From the NCBI GenBank assembly GCA_913065025.1, contig CAJYAP010000001.1, positions 49,545-113,544 of the forward strand: DNA of 64,000 nucleotides, in the 5' to 3' direction. This document shows positions 48,761 to 59,409 of the stretch, piece after piece. A program made the position numbers and the translations under genes. Below the pieces are notes generated by a model that was not told the DNA's origin, searched no databases, and was given only the letters and a program-made list of their open reading frames with translations. The stretch comes from an uncultured Gammaproteobacteria bacterium (lineage in GTDB: Bacteria > Pseudomonadota > Gammaproteobacteria > Poriferisulfidales > GCA-002705445). The number at the start of each line of letters is the position of its first letter. The first letter of the stretch is position 1.

Positions 48761-49747
48761 TTAGCTTACTCCTTTAATAATTTTTATTTCAGAGTTATCA
48801 TTTATTATAAGTTTTTTATCTTCCATTTCTTTTCTCAGTACCGCTAAGCATAAATAATTTTCATCATTAACTTTTGATATGTTTATTATATCTCCAGCAT
48901 CTTTATTATTATCAGCACTAATAACTTTATCAGAGTAGCTAAAGTTTTCTTTTGATGCAATTTTTAATACATACAGTGATTTTTTTGATTCACCTAAATA
49001 GTGTGTTCTTGCAACAATTTCTTGCCCTGGATAACATCCTTTAGTGAAAGAAACCCCGTCAAGTAAATCAAGAGAGATCATTTGCGGAGTGTATGCTTCT
49101 ATTTTTGATTCTTGTAAAAATGGTATATGGTTTTCTATATCAAGGTAATCCCAAGAACCGTAACCCAATAAATTAGAGTTATTGACATCTATTATCGAAT
49201 TAATATCTTCATTATTAGTTAATATAATGGTCTGATTGGGTGAAATCTTAAATAATATAGAGTTGTTTATTTTTTTAGCTTCATTTCTATCCAGCGTTAT
49301 GTTTTCTGCAAAATTAATTTTAGTATTGCTAGATACCCCTATCAAAACATCATTTATGATTTCAAACTCTACTTTAGACATCATTTTGTACATGTTGAGT
49401 TTTTTTAATAATGGCTGAACAGTATCTAAAGAGGTATATAAGTAATATTCTTTATCTAGTTGAAATATATAGAATATTGATATTAGTCTTCCCTTTGGAT
49501 TACAGTACCCTGACAAAATACCAGTATTATTTTTTAACTCTTTAATGTCATTTGTAAATTGTGTATTTAGAAAATTTTGTGTATCTTCACCTTTGCATTT
49601 TACCAGTACTTTGTTGTTAAGTAATGATACAGATTGCTGATTTATAACTTTTTCAATATCTTTTTTAAAAATATTGTTATATTTTAAACCATAATTATCT
49701 ATAACAGCATCATTGGTAATGAATTTTTTAAAGAAATCGTTTATCAT
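48761..49747 (-). CDS. ygfZ: Folate-binding tRNA-modifying protein YgfZ (GcvT-like fold)
   Basis: 328 aa with the family-defining KGCYPGQE motif near the C-terminus. Divergent from the sdh operon. Confidence 0.75.
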   Translation of the reverse strand: MINDFFKKFITNDAVIDNYGLKYNNIFKKDIEKVINQQSVSLLNNKVLVKCKGEDTQNFLNTQFTNDIKELKNNTGILSGYCNPKGRLISIFYIFQLDKEYYLYTSLDTVQPLLKKLNMYKMMSKVEFEIINDVLIGVSSNTKINFAENITLDRNEAKKINNSILFKISPNQTIILTNNEDINSIIDVNNSNLLGYGSWDYLDIENHIPFLQESKIEAYTPQMISLDLLDGVSFTKGCYPGQEIVARTHYLGESKKSLYVLKIASKENFSYSDKVISADNNKDAGDIINISKVNDENYLCLAVLRKEMEDKKLIINDNSEIKIIKGVS

Positions 49748-49791
49748 AATAAGCTTTATTGGTATTTAATTATTTATAATTTAGGAGAAAA

Positions 49792-50172
49792 ATGTCACTA
49801 TCTAAAGTTCCATTATCACCGCATTTGCAAGTATATAGATTACCCCTTGTTGCTCTTGTGTCAATATCACATAGGGTATGTGGTGTTATAAATGGTATGG
49901 GTTATGCATTATTTATAATATTCTTAATATCGATTGCATCAGGTTTTGAAACCTATAATATTAGTTACATTGTATTTACAAGCACTATTGGCAAGATTTT
50001 ATTGAGTTTATGGTTGTTTTCTCTTTATTTACATATTTGTAATGGTGTAAGACATTTATTTTGGGACTTTGGTTATGGCTTTAGTGGAAATTCACCATTA
50101 ATATCATCACTTTTAGTAGTTTCATTTACAGTATTATTAACTGGTAGCACGATATTACTTTATTTGATGTGA
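49792..50172 (+). CDS. sdhC: Succinate dehydrogenase cytochrome b556 subunit
   Basis: 126 aa, 3 TM helices, haem-ligand histidines (ISHRVCG). First gene of the sdhCDAB operon. Confidence 0.7.
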   Translation: MSLSKVPLSPHLQVYRLPLVALVSISHRVCGVINGMGYALFIIFLISIASGFETYNISYIVFTSTIGKILLSLWLFSLYLHICNGVRHLFWDFGYGFSGNSPLISSLLVVSFTVLLTGSTILLYLM

Positions 50173-50192
50173 AAGTTTTAAAGGAGAACTGA

Positions 50193-50534
50193 GTGTTACA
50201 CGGAAAAAAGCATTGGCTTTATCACAGACTATCAGCAATTTTACTCTTACCATTGATTCTTTGGTGTATATACTCCTTAAGTCTTGTCCCCGAAATAACA
50301 TATCAAAATATGGTTTTATGGACTAGTAAGACTGAAAATTATATATTTTTATTTATATTAATAATAATTTCAGTTCGTCATTTTCAACTTGGAATACAAG
50401 TTATATTAGAAGATTATGTCTCAGATAAAAAAACACGTGATTTTTATATAAAAATAATAAATATTACATATTATTTGTTATCTTTTTTAGGTATAGCTTC
50501 GATAACAAAAATATATTTTGGAGTGCATATCTAG
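50193..50534 (+). CDS. sdhD: Succinate dehydrogenase hydrophobic membrane anchor subunit
   Basis: 113 aa, 3 TM helices. Sits between sdhC and sdhA. Confidence 0.65.
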   Translation: MLHGKKHWLYHRLSAILLLPLILWCIYSLSLVPEITYQNMVLWTSKTENYIFLFILIIISVRHFQLGIQVILEDYVSDKKTRDFYIKIINITYYLLSFLGIASITKIYFGVHI

Positions 50535-52322
50535 ATGAATAAAGATTACGAAATGATTACACATGAATATGATGTAATAGTTGTAGGTGCTGGTGGTTCT
50601 GGTTTAAGAGCAACTTTGGGAATGGCAACGGAAGGTCTGAAAACAGCATGTATAACTAAAGTTTTTCCTACAAGAAGTCACACAGTTGCAGCTCAAGGAG
50701 GGATGAGTGCTGCGCTAGGTAATATGGGTGAAGATGATTGGCGTTGGCATATGTACGACACTATAAAAGGCTCTGATTGGCTTGGAGATCAAGATGCAAT
50801 TGAGTATATGTGTAAAGAGGCAATACCCTCTGTTATTGAGCTTGAACATTACGGAGTGCCTTTTTCTAGAACAGAGGCAGGCAAAATATATCAAAGACCC
50901 TTTGGCGGAATGACAACAAATTATGGTGAAGGTACAGCCCAAAGAACATGTGCGGCGGCCGATAGAACAGGGCATTCAATTCTTCATACTCTTTACCAGC
51001 AGTCTTTAAAATATAAAGCAGAATTCTTTATAGAGTACTTTGCTATAGATCTCGTTATGGACAATGGGCAGTGTACAGGGGTAATAGCTATCGATTTAGC
51101 TACTGGTAAATTACATCACTTTAAAGGTCATGTCACATTATTAGCTACTGGAGGTTATGGAAGAGCCTATTTTTCTGCTACTTCAGCTCATACATGTACT
51201 GGAGATGGAAGTGGAATGGCTCAAAGAGCTGGCATTCCTCTTCAAGATATGGAGTTCACTCAATTTCACCCAACAGGAATATACGGGGCAGGCTGCTTAA
51301 TAACAGAAGGTTCTAGGGGAGAGGGAGGTTATCTTACAAACTCAGATGGTGAAAGGTTTATGGAAAGATATGCCCCAAACGCCAAAGATTTAGCATCAAG
51401 GGATGTTGTAAGCAGATCAATGACGATCGAAATAAATGAGGGAAGAGGTGTTGGAAAAGAGAAAGATCACATAGAGCTTCATTTGGAACATCTTGGGAAA
51501 GATGTCATTAATGAAAAGCTGCCTGGAATTGCAGAGTCTGCAAGAATATTTGCCGGAGTTGATGTAACTAAAGCTCCAATTCCAGTTATCCCAACCGTTC
51601 ATTACAACATGGGAGGCATACCTACAAATTACCACGGAGAAGTTCTTAGTCCAACAAGAGAAAATGAAGAAAAAATAGTGCCAGGTTTAATGGCAATCGG
51701 GGAAACCGCATGTGTATCTGTTCATGGAGCTAATAGATTGGGTTCGAATTCACTCTTAGATCTAATTGTTTTTGGAAGAGCAGCTGCAAAACAAGCTGCT
51801 AAGTTAGTTGAGCCTGGAGCAAAACATAACGATAGCAATAATGAATCTGTAGATAAAATAATAAATCGTTTGGACAAAACTAGATTTTCTTCAGGAAAAA
51901 ACCTACCTTCAGAATTAAGACTAAGGCTTCAGAGAGAAATGCAAAAAAATGTTGCTGTTTTCAGATCTGAAGAAACATTAGAAGAAGGAAGAAAAAATAT
52001 ACATTCTATTTATAAAGATTTTTCTGATATAAATCTTAGTGATAATTCCATGAAATGGAATACAGAGTTATTAGAGACTTTAGAGTTAGAAAATTTATTA
52101 ACACAAGGAATAGTTTCTGTAGAATCTGCTTATAATAGAAAAGAATCTAGAGGGGCACATGCTAGAGATGATTTTCCAGATAGAAACGATAAAGAATGGA
52201 TGAAACATACAATTGCATCAATTGATGACGATGGTATAGTTGATATTAGTTACAGAAAAGTAATACTAACGACTCTAACGGATGAAGTTGAAGCTGTCCC
52301 GCCAAAAAAGAGGGTTTATTAA
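50535..52322 (+). CDS. sdhA: Succinate dehydrogenase flavoprotein subunit
   Basis: 595 aa. FAD-binding [11 protein letters not shown], covalent-FAD histidine context ([10 protein letters not shown]), and [13 protein letters not shown]. Confidence 0.95.
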   Translation: MNKDYEMITHEYDVIVVGAGGSGLRATLGMATEGLKTACITKVFPTRSHTVAAQGGMSAALGNMGEDDWRWHMYDTIKGSDWLGDQDAIEYMCKEAIPSVIELEHYGVPFSRTEAGKIYQRPFGGMTTNYGEGTAQRTCAAADRTGHSILHTLYQQSLKYKAEFFIEYFAIDLVMDNGQCTGVIAIDLATGKLHHFKGHVTLLATGGYGRAYFSATSAHTCTGDGSGMAQRAGIPLQDMEFTQFHPTGIYGAGCLITEGSRGEGGYLTNSDGERFMERYAPNAKDLASRDVVSRSMTIEINEGRGVGKEKDHIELHLEHLGKDVINEKLPGIAESARIFAGVDVTKAPIPVIPTVHYNMGGIPTNYHGEVLSPTRENEEKIVPGLMAIGETACVSVHGANRLGSNSLLDLIVFGRAAAKQAAKLVEPGAKHNDSNNESVDKIINRLDKTRFSSGKNLPSELRLRLQREMQKNVAVFRSEETLEEGRKNIHSIYKDFSDINLSDNSMKWNTELLETLELENLLTQGIVSVESAYNRKESRGAHARDDFPDRNDKEWMKHTIASIDDDGIVDISYRKVILTTLTDEVEAVPPKKRVY

Positions 52323-52324
52323 AT

Positions 52325-53110
52325 ATGGCTGAATTTACATTACCTTTAAATTCTATAGTAAAAACTGGAAAATATTTTAAGTGCAAAAGTGCAGATAAAA
52401 AAAATATTAGAGTTTTTAAAATATATAGATATGACCCAGATGACGAAAAGAACCCACGGGTTGATTCTTATGAAATAGATACCACTGATTGTGGACCGAT
52501 GGTTCTTGATGCGCTACTTAAAATAAAAAATGAAATTGATACAACGATTACTTTTAGAAGATCTTGTAGAGAGGGTATTTGTGGTTCATGCTCTATGAAT
52601 ATTGATGGCAGAAATACTTTAGCATGTACTAAGAGTATAGATGAAATTGCAGGAGATATTAAAATTTATCCCCTACCTCATATGGCCGTATTAAAAGATT
52701 TGGTTACTGATCTTACTGACTTTTATAAACAGTATGAATCCGTACAACCGTGGCTTCAAGCTGAAGAACCAAAAGACTTGTCAACAGAAAGACTTCAATC
52801 CAAAGAAGAATTAGCGGAATTGGATGGCTCTGACGAATGTATTCTTTGCGCTTGTTGCTCAACAAGTTGTCCTAGTTATTGGTGGAATAGCGATAAATAT
52901 TTAGGGCCAGCAACTTTAATGCAAGCTTATAGATGGATAGCTGATTCTAGAGATGAACATCAAAAAGAAAGATTAGAAAATCTTGAAGATACTTTTAAGT
53001 TATACAAATGCCATACTATTATGAATTGTACAAATGCGTGCCCAAAAGGACTAAATCCAGCTAAACAAATCGCAAAGATTAAATCTTTAATAGTGTCCAA
53101 TAAGATCTAA
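52325..53110 (+). CDS. sdhB: Succinate dehydrogenase iron-sulfur subunit
   Basis: 261 aa with 2Fe-2S (CREGICGSC), 4Fe-4S ([11 protein letters not shown]) and 3Fe-4S ([12 protein letters not shown]) cysteine clusters. Confidence 0.9.
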   Translation: MAEFTLPLNSIVKTGKYFKCKSADKKNIRVFKIYRYDPDDEKNPRVDSYEIDTTDCGPMVLDALLKIKNEIDTTITFRRSCREGICGSCSMNIDGRNTLACTKSIDEIAGDIKIYPLPHMAVLKDLVTDLTDFYKQYESVQPWLQAEEPKDLSTERLQSKEELAELDGSDECILCACCSTSCPSYWWNSDKYLGPATLMQAYRWIADSRDEHQKERLENLEDTFKLYKCHTIMNCTNACPKGLNPAKQIAKIKSLIVSNKI

Positions 53111-53111
53111 C

Positions 53112-53357
53112 ATGGATGATAAAGAGGTCTTGTGGAAATGCAGAAGAGGAACTAAAGAGTTAGATATTTTAATGTTAACTTTTTATCAAAAATTTTATAA
53201 AACAGCTTCAAATTCACAAAAAAATGGTTTTATAAAATTATTATCATTAGAAGACCCAATAATTTATGATTTATTATTAAATAAAATATCTTTAAAAGAC
53301 ATTGCAGTAAATGAAATTGCTGATATGATACGTAATATGAGTTTAAAGAGTAGTTAA
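53112..53357 (+). CDS. sdhE: FAD assembly factor SdhE (YgfY family)
   Basis: 81 aa with the WKCRRGTKELD (RGxxE) motif. Directly after sdhB. Confidence 0.65.
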   Translation: MDDKEVLWKCRRGTKELDILMLTFYQKFYKTASNSQKNGFIKLLSLEDPIIYDLLLNKISLKDIAVNEIADMIRNMSLKSS

Positions 53358-53444
53358 TGCTTTTGCTCATACACAACAAATTAGATAAATAATAATAAAT
53401 TATATAGCTAATTTTTTTTGATTAATACAATATAGAAGAAAAAT

Positions 53445-53660
53445 ATGTCAGATAGAGAAAATGGTACGGTTAAATGGTTTAATGACTCAAAAGGTTATGG
53501 TTTTATACAAAGAGAAAGCGGTAAAGACGTTTTCGTTCATTTTGGGGCAATTAAAATAGAAGGTGATGGATACAGAACTTTAAAAGAAGGTCAGGCTGTT
53601 GAATTCACAGTTACAGAAAGCGAAAAAGGTTTAACTGCTACAGACGTAGAAGCTAAATAA
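53445..53660 (+). CDS. Cold-shock protein (CspA family)
   Basis: 71 aa. RNP1/RNP2 motifs ([20 protein letters not shown]). Confidence 0.9.
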   Translation: MSDRENGTVKWFNDSKGYGFIQRESGKDVFVHFGAIKIEGDGYRTLKEGQAVEFTVTESEKGLTATDVEAK

Positions 53661-53696
53661 TTTAAATCTGCTTTAAATAACTACAAATTTTATCTA

Positions 53697-53725
53697 CTGC
53701 AAATTTATTTGCAGTATTTAATTTT
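53697..53725 (+). terminator. Rho-independent terminator after csp
   Basis: Hairpin CTGCAAA-TTTA-TTTGCAG (7-bp stem, positions 53697-53714) followed by TATTTAATTTT. Confidence 0.5.
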
Positions 53726-53856
53726 AGAGAAATTTAGAATTAGATTTTATCCTTATTAAAACCTAATAATAATACATCTTTAGAAAAATTTTTAAACAAT
53801 TAAGTTTAAAATGCATCCTATTATTATTAAAATAGTTAGACACAAAATTAATTGCT

Positions 53857-54333
53857 GTGTATTATATTTTTATGATACAAGCATTCCAAATAAACTCAGT
53901 AAGTAAAAATAATTTTATTTCGCTAATGATCTCTTATGAGAAAAATTATAAAGATTTTTCAAAATTAGTAGATCTTAGTATTATTACTGAAAGCAATATT
54001 TCTAAAAAATTCGAATCATCAACAGGGCATGTTGACAAGAAATTGTCACTATCTGTTGAATTAGTAACGAATCATACTGCTCAAGTTAGATTTGCATATA
54101 ATTTTTTTTGCAATAATACTTATATTAATTATGTTGATTTAAAAATTTACTTCGATTCTAGGCAAGCTGAGATCATAAATACTAATGATAGTAAATCTAC
54201 GCATACAGCTACTGATATTAACAAATACCATAACATGAGACTTAGTAAATGGTATAAGAACTATTTTCTTTCCATATGGCTTAAAAACTGCATAAAAAAT
54301 GGTTATTCATTTGATGCTCAGTCTGAAGTATAA
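53857..54333 (+). CDS. Hypothetical protein (orphan)
   Basis: 158-aa ORF upstream of metX with no recognisable motif. The true start is uncertain, and it may instead be leader sequence. Confidence 0.3.
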   Translation: MYYIFMIQAFQINSVSKNNFISLMISYEKNYKDFSKLVDLSIITESNISKKFESSTGHVDKKLSLSVELVTNHTAQVRFAYNFFCNNTYINYVDLKIYFDSRQAEIINTNDSKSTHTATDINKYHNMRLSKWYKNYFLSIWLKNCIKNGYSFDAQSEV

Positions 54334-54365
54334 TCGCATCATTCTTAAAATTATTTTATTAAATT

Positions 54366-55487
54366 ATGTCTAATGAATTTATAGTTAAGGGTATAACCAA
54401 AGCCAAACTTCCAAGTGACTACGGAAGTACTGGCTTTAAAATGTTTAAAGGTTCAATTCTTAACAGTGTTGAAGTTGCTTATGAGACTTGGGGAAAACTT
54501 TCTGTTAATAATGATAATGTAATACTTTTATTCACTGGATTATCACCTTCATCACATGCAGCATCATCAGATAAAAACAATGAAAAAGGTTGGTGGGAAT
54601 TCATGATAGGTCCTAACAAACCTATTGATACTAAAAAATATTATGTTGTATGTGTGAATTCACTTGGTAGCTGCTTTGGTTCAACCTCGCCAGCTTCAGT
54701 TAATAAGGAAACTGGTGACGTTTATGGTCTTAATTTTCCAGAATTATCTATTGAAGATATTGCTAAAGCAGGACACTCTGTTCTCCAAACTTTAGGAATT
54801 GATTATGCTCATACTGTTATGGGTCCTTCAATGGGCGGGATGACAGCTCTTGCATACGCTTTATTATATCCGAACAGTTTATCTAATCTTGTTGTGATAT
54901 CAGCAGCTGCAAGAGCACTTCCTTTTACGATTTCAATTAGGTCGCTACAAAGAGAACTAATCAGAAGTGACCCTTTATGGAATGAGGGGATATACGATAA
55001 AGAGACAGCGCCACTAAACGGTATGAAGCTAGCAAGAAAGCTTGGGTTAATGTCTTATAGGGCGGCAAATGAATGGCGTGAAAGATTTAATAGAGCTAGA
55101 CTTCCTAAATCAGAAAATAAAAAAATGTTTGATATTGAGTTTGAAGTTGAAAATTACTTAAACCATAATTCAAAAAAATTTGTTTCTATGTTTGACCCTA
55201 ATTGTTATTTGTATTTATCAAGAGCTATGGATTTATTTGATGTTGCAGAGCATGGTGGGACAGTAAATGCAGGTTTGGCAAAAATTCATACGAAGAAAAA
55301 TTTAATAATAGGTGTTGAGTCAGATATTCTTTTTCCTATTGATCAACAAGAAGAGCTCGCAGAAGGTTTTAAAAAAGCAAAGAAGAATTTTAAATTTGAA
55401 AAACTAAAGTCAATTCAAGGTCATGATTCTTTTTTAGTTGATGAAAAAAATTTTTCAAAAGTTATATATAATTTTTTTAACGACTAA
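54366..55487 (+). CDS. metX: Homoserine O-acyltransferase MetX (alpha/beta hydrolase)
   Basis: 373 aa. Nucleophile elbow GPSMGGM, and MetX-typical N-terminal region (E.WG.L...N.ILL..GLS.SSH). No metW follows. Confidence 0.8.
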   Translation: MSNEFIVKGITKAKLPSDYGSTGFKMFKGSILNSVEVAYETWGKLSVNNDNVILLFTGLSPSSHAASSDKNNEKGWWEFMIGPNKPIDTKKYYVVCVNSLGSCFGSTSPASVNKETGDVYGLNFPELSIEDIAKAGHSVLQTLGIDYAHTVMGPSMGGMTALAYALLYPNSLSNLVVISAAARALPFTISIRSLQRELIRSDPLWNEGIYDKETAPLNGMKLARKLGLMSYRAANEWRERFNRARLPKSENKKMFDIEFEVENYLNHNSKKFVSMFDPNCYLYLSRAMDLFDVAEHGGTVNAGLAKIHTKKNLIIGVESDILFPIDQQEELAEGFKKAKKNFKFEKLKSIQGHDSFLVDEKNFSKVIYNFFND

Positions 55488-55490
55488 AAA

Positions 55491-56789
55491 CTAACGATCT
55501 TTTAATTCCGTATAGTTAGTTTTATCTTTACCAGTATATAACTGTCTAGGCCTTCCAATTCTAAAATTTTTGTCTTCAATCATTTCGTTCCAGTGTGCTA
55601 CCCAACCTACAGTTCTGGCTAATGCAAATATAACTGTATACATACTTTGTGGAACGCCAATAGCTTTTAATACAATTCCTGAATAGAAATCTACATTAGG
55701 GTATAGTTTTCTGGAAACAAAGTAATCATCCTCTAAAGCATATTTTTCAAGTTTCATTGCTATGTCAAATAAAGGTTTATTTGGGTTATTTTCATCAAGT
55801 TTATCTAAGTATTCATGCGCGATTTTTTGTATTATTTTAGCTCTTGGGTCATAATTTTTATATATTCTATGACCAAAACCCATCAGCCTAAAAGAATTTT
55901 CTTTGTCTTTTGCCATATTTATATAATGCTCTACATCTTTATCAGAATTTTTTATTTCTTCAAGCATATTTATTACTGCTTCATTTGCGCCACCATGGGT
56001 TGGGCCCCATAAGGTCTGTATACCAGCTGCTATGGCAGCATAAGGACTTGTTTCAGAACTGCCCGATAGTCTAACAGTCGAGGTAGATGCATTTTGCTCA
56101 TGGTCAGCATGAAGTAAAAATATTACATCCATAGCGTTAGACGATAATTTTTTTTGTTCTTCATTAATATTTGGAAATGCCATATTTATAAAATTTTCTG
56201 CTATAGATAGATGCTTGTTGGGTTCTTGAAATTTCACGCCTAATATGAAATTTAATATCCACGCGGACATTACTGGAACAGATGATATTAGTTTCACTGT
56301 TGATTGGTATCTATAACCTTTATTTTGTATATTGATATCATCATGATATTTTGCTGATAAAAAACTTAAACAAGCTGTCATTACTGCCATTGGATGGCTA
56401 CCTTTGTCAAATACTTCAATAATTTTCTTAACTGATGGGTCGACATTAAAGTTATTAGATATATCATTAGAAAAATTATCTAACTCTTTGTTATTTGGTA
56501 ATTTATCATTTAAAAGTAAATAAGCTGTCTCAATAAAATTACTCTTTTCTGCAAGCTCTTCTATTGGATAGCCTCTATACCATAATTTTCCTTCATTTCC
56601 GTCAATGAAAGTAATTTTACTCTCACAACTTGATGTTGCCATAAATCCAGGATCATGAGATAAATACCCTAAATTTTTCTCTAAAGCTCTTATATCCACT
56701 ACATTTGGGCCCAATATTGAGTCAAGCACGGGAAGTTCTGTCTCGTTATTTGATTGACCATCTATTATTGTAATTTTTTTATTAGTCAT
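55491..56789 (-). CDS. gltA: Citrate synthase (type II)
   Basis: 432 aa. Catalytic His/Asp contexts (GFGHRIYKNYDPRA, ...HGGANE...). Confidence 0.9.
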   Translation of the reverse strand: MTNKKITIIDGQSNNETELPVLDSILGPNVVDIRALEKNLGYLSHDPGFMATSSCESKITFIDGNEGKLWYRGYPIEELAEKSNFIETAYLLLNDKLPNNKELDNFSNDISNNFNVDPSVKKIIEVFDKGSHPMAVMTACLSFLSAKYHDDINIQNKGYRYQSTVKLISSVPVMSAWILNFILGVKFQEPNKHLSIAENFINMAFPNINEEQKKLSSNAMDVIFLLHADHEQNASTSTVRLSGSSETSPYAAIAAGIQTLWGPTHGGANEAVINMLEEIKNSDKDVEHYINMAKDKENSFRLMGFGHRIYKNYDPRAKIIQKIAHEYLDKLDENNPNKPLFDIAMKLEKYALEDDYFVSRKLYPNVDFYSGIVLKAIGVPQSMYTVIFALARTVGWVAHWNEMIEDKNFRIGRPRQLYTGKDKTNYTELKDR

Positions 56790-56892
56790 AATTATAAGGA
56801 TATTATTGCTCTAAATAATATTTTATTCGTTTCCAGTGTATTCATTAAGGAAAACCATATTATCACAATTATGGCTATTATTTAAGAAGACT

Positions 56893-57426
56893 TTATTTAT
56901 TCATATTTAGGTAATTAATTATAAAAGTTGCAATGTCAGACGGATTATTAATATCTAGCTTAGTTAAATTACGTTTAACCTCGATATTCGTATCAGTGGC
57001 TACTGCGATTATATTATTATCTTTATTACTCAATAAACCCCTATTTTTGCCTATTTCTTCTCTATATAATTCAATTTTAGGAAAATTCTCTGCTTTAAAG
57101 CCCTCTACAAGGGTAATATCACTTTCTATTTTATCAAGAATATTTAACAGATCATTTAAACTTAACTCATCGTTACTATGATTTTCATGCATTAATGCCC
57201 ATCTATTTGACGACGATATAAGCATATTTTCAGCACCAGACTTTCTAATTTCATAACTATCTTTACCAGGCTCGTCAACATCAAAATTATGATGTGCGTG
57301 CTTTATCACCGAAACTCTATAGTTTGATTTTTTTAAGATACCTACAATCTCTTTTATAAGTGTAGTTTTTCCAGTTCCACTATAAGCCGCAAAACCAATT
57401 AATTTTTTATTTTGAATTGTACTCAT
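56893..57426 (-). CDS. mobB: Molybdopterin-guanine dinucleotide biosynthesis adapter protein MobB
   Basis: 177 aa. P-loop IGFAAYSGTGKTTLI. Overlaps and follows mobA. Confidence 0.75.
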   Translation of the reverse strand: MSTIQNKKLIGFAAYSGTGKTTLIKEIVGILKKSNYRVSVIKHAHHNFDVDEPGKDSYEIRKSGAENMLISSSNRWALMHENHSNDELSLNDLLNILDKIESDITLVEGFKAENFPKIELYREEIGKNRGLLSNKDNNIIAVATDTNIEVKRNLTKLDINNPSDIATFIINYLNMNK

Positions 57427-57991
57427 TAAGTTGTTCTGTAGTATTTATATTATCAAAGTAGGTCGAGTTTTCATTAAAAAAGATATACTGATGGTTATTA
57501 TTTTGGTACCAAATATCAATTTTTCTATCTCCATTTGCAAGATAATCGTGAAGTGATTTAACTTTTTCTTTGGATACTAACATAAATACAGGCTGCGATC
57601 TCAAACCGTTATGTGCAATATAAACATCTTTGCTTTTATCAGCTTCATCAATCATTTTTTGGATAACCTTCCAGGAAAAATTTGGGCAATCACACGGTAA
57701 AGTAATTAAGTAATCTGTTTTGATCATTTTCAATAAACTATATATACCAGCTAAAGGGCCTTGAAAATTATCTAAACTATCTTTAATAACAGGATAATTG
57801 TATGACTTATATTTATCTATATTTCTATTTGCATTAATTATTATATTTGATGTTTTTGCTGCAATTTTTTCTAAGAGATTTTCAATTAAAGGAGTTCCAT
57901 TTACAAGCACAAGACCTTTATCTTGATTATTCATTCGTGTAGCTTTACCACCAGCTAAAATACCAACTGATATATCATTTATTGTTAACAT
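57407..57991 (-). CDS. mobA: Molybdenum cofactor guanylyltransferase MobA
   Basis: 194 aa. N-terminal ILAGGKATRM (GTP-binding LAGG.S.RMG-like) and a PCD.P motif (LPCDCPNF). Confidence 0.75.
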   Translation of the reverse strand: MLTINDISVGILAGGKATRMNNQDKGLVLVNGTPLIENLLEKIAAKTSNIIINANRNIDKYKSYNYPVIKDSLDNFQGPLAGIYSLLKMIKTDYLITLPCDCPNFSWKVIQKMIDEADKSKDVYIAHNGLRSQPVFMLVSKEKVKSLHDYLANGDRKIDIWYQNNNHQYIFFNENSTYFDNINTTEQLNEYNSK

Positions 57992-58066
57992 AAAACACCT
58001 CTGTAGAATTGCAAAATATTACCTTATAATAGATATGCTTTAATAAAATTATGGAGTAAAGTTATT

Positions 58067-58366
58067 ATGAATGATAGCAATAAAAATCTTACAATGGAAA
58101 TTCAGTCAGAAGTTTTTGAAATGCTAATAAAGCATTTGCAAAATAAAACAGAAGTTCAGAATATAGATTTGATGAACCTAGCTGATTTTTGTAGAAATTG
58201 TTTATCAAAATGGTATGTCTCTGCCGCTAAAGAAAAAGGTATTGACGTATCTTACGATGATGCAAGAGAAATTGTTTATGGCATGCCGTACAGTGAATGG
58301 AAGAATTTATACCAGAAAGAAGCAACAAAAGAACAGCTAGATAAATTTAACTCTAGAAATAAATAA
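58067..58366 (+). CDS. DUF1244-family small protein (CxxC)
   Basis: 99 aa with ...LADFCRNCLSKWY... matching the conserved DUF1244 core. Its stop abuts the moeB start with zero spacing. Confidence 0.5.
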   Translation: MNDSNKNLTMEIQSEVFEMLIKHLQNKTEVQNIDLMNLADFCRNCLSKWYVSAAKEKGIDVSYDDAREIVYGMPYSEWKNLYQKEATKEQLDKFNSRNK

Positions 58367-59128
58367 ATGCAATTTACACATCTTGATGACAAAGACCTTC
58401 TTTTTTATTCAAGACATATTCTATTGCCCAATATTGGAATAGAAGGACAGCAAAAGCTAAATTTGGCTGAAGTTACTATTTTTGGTTTAGGTGGTTTAGG
58501 TAATTTACTTTCTATCTATATAGCTTCCTCTGGTATTAAGAAAATAAATTTAGTAGATTTTGATGTTGTAGAAGAAACAAATTTACAAAGGCAAATAACT
58601 TTCACTTCTAAAGATTTTGGTACATTAAAAGTTGATGTTATTGAAAAATTTTTAAAAGAAAAATATCCAGATATTATTATCAAGAAATACCCTAAGAAAA
58701 TTACAAAATGCATTCAAGTAGAATCAATAATAGAAAACTCAGATATAGTACTAGACGGAACAGATAATTTTGTAGTTAGAAAAATAATTAATAAAGCATG
58801 TTTAATAAAAAATAAAAAACTTATTATAGGAGCAGTGGAAGGTTATTCAGGTCAACTTATGACAGTAATACCAGATAAAAGTGCATGCTATGAATGTGTT
58901 TATGAGAATTTAATTGATAACAACTCATGTTCAGATACAGGAGTTCTAGCTCCTTTAGTTGGAATGATAAGCTCAATGATGGCTATTGAATGCATAAATA
59001 TAATTACTGGCAACAAGTCTTCATATGAAAATAAATTATTAATTATTAACGGGTTAAATGTATCAGTTGATATAATGAGTACAAAAAGAAACAAAGCTTG
59101 TGAAACAAGCTGTATAAAAATTAAATGA
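58367..59128 (+). CDS. moeB: Molybdopterin-synthase adenylyltransferase (MoeB/ThiF family E1-like)
   Basis: 253 aa. Nucleotide-binding GLGGLGN and CxxC...CxxC zinc motifs (CYEC ... C.D.G). Confidence 0.8.
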   Translation: MQFTHLDDKDLLFYSRHILLPNIGIEGQQKLNLAEVTIFGLGGLGNLLSIYIASSGIKKINLVDFDVVEETNLQRQITFTSKDFGTLKVDVIEKFLKEKYPDIIIKKYPKKITKCIQVESIIENSDIVLDGTDNFVVRKIINKACLIKNKKLIIGAVEGYSGQLMTVIPDKSACYECVYENLIDNNSCSDTGVLAPLVGMISSMMAIECINIITGNKSSYENKLLIINGLNVSVDIMSTKRNKACETSCIKIK

Positions 59129-59409
59129 AGAAAGATAATAGGCCTAAGACAAAAATAAAAAAACCTGAGCCAAAAAATAAAGAGTCGATAGACTGGATTA
59201 TTTGGGCTGCCTGGGCAGATAGAATTACTTTTGAGGAAATTTTTGAAAAAACAAATATTGCAGAACCTGAAGTTATAAAAATTATGAGAAGAAATCTTAA
59301 ACCATCTTCATTTCGACTTTGGAGAAAAAGAGTCAGCGAAAAGAGTATAAAACATAGAAAAAAATTTGTTAATGAAAGAAAAAATTTAAAACGGAATACT
59401 TTTTTTTAG
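59125..59409 (+). CDS. TIGR03643/DUF2805-family small basic protein
   Basis: 94 aa, Lys/Arg-rich, with the conserved IIWAAWADRITFEEI core I associate with this family. Overlaps the moeB stop by 4 nt. Confidence 0.45.
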   Translation: MKKDNRPKTKIKKPEPKNKESIDWIIWAAWADRITFEEIFEKTNIAEPEVIKIMRRNLKPSSFRLWRKRVSEKSIKHRKKFVNERKNLKRNTFF

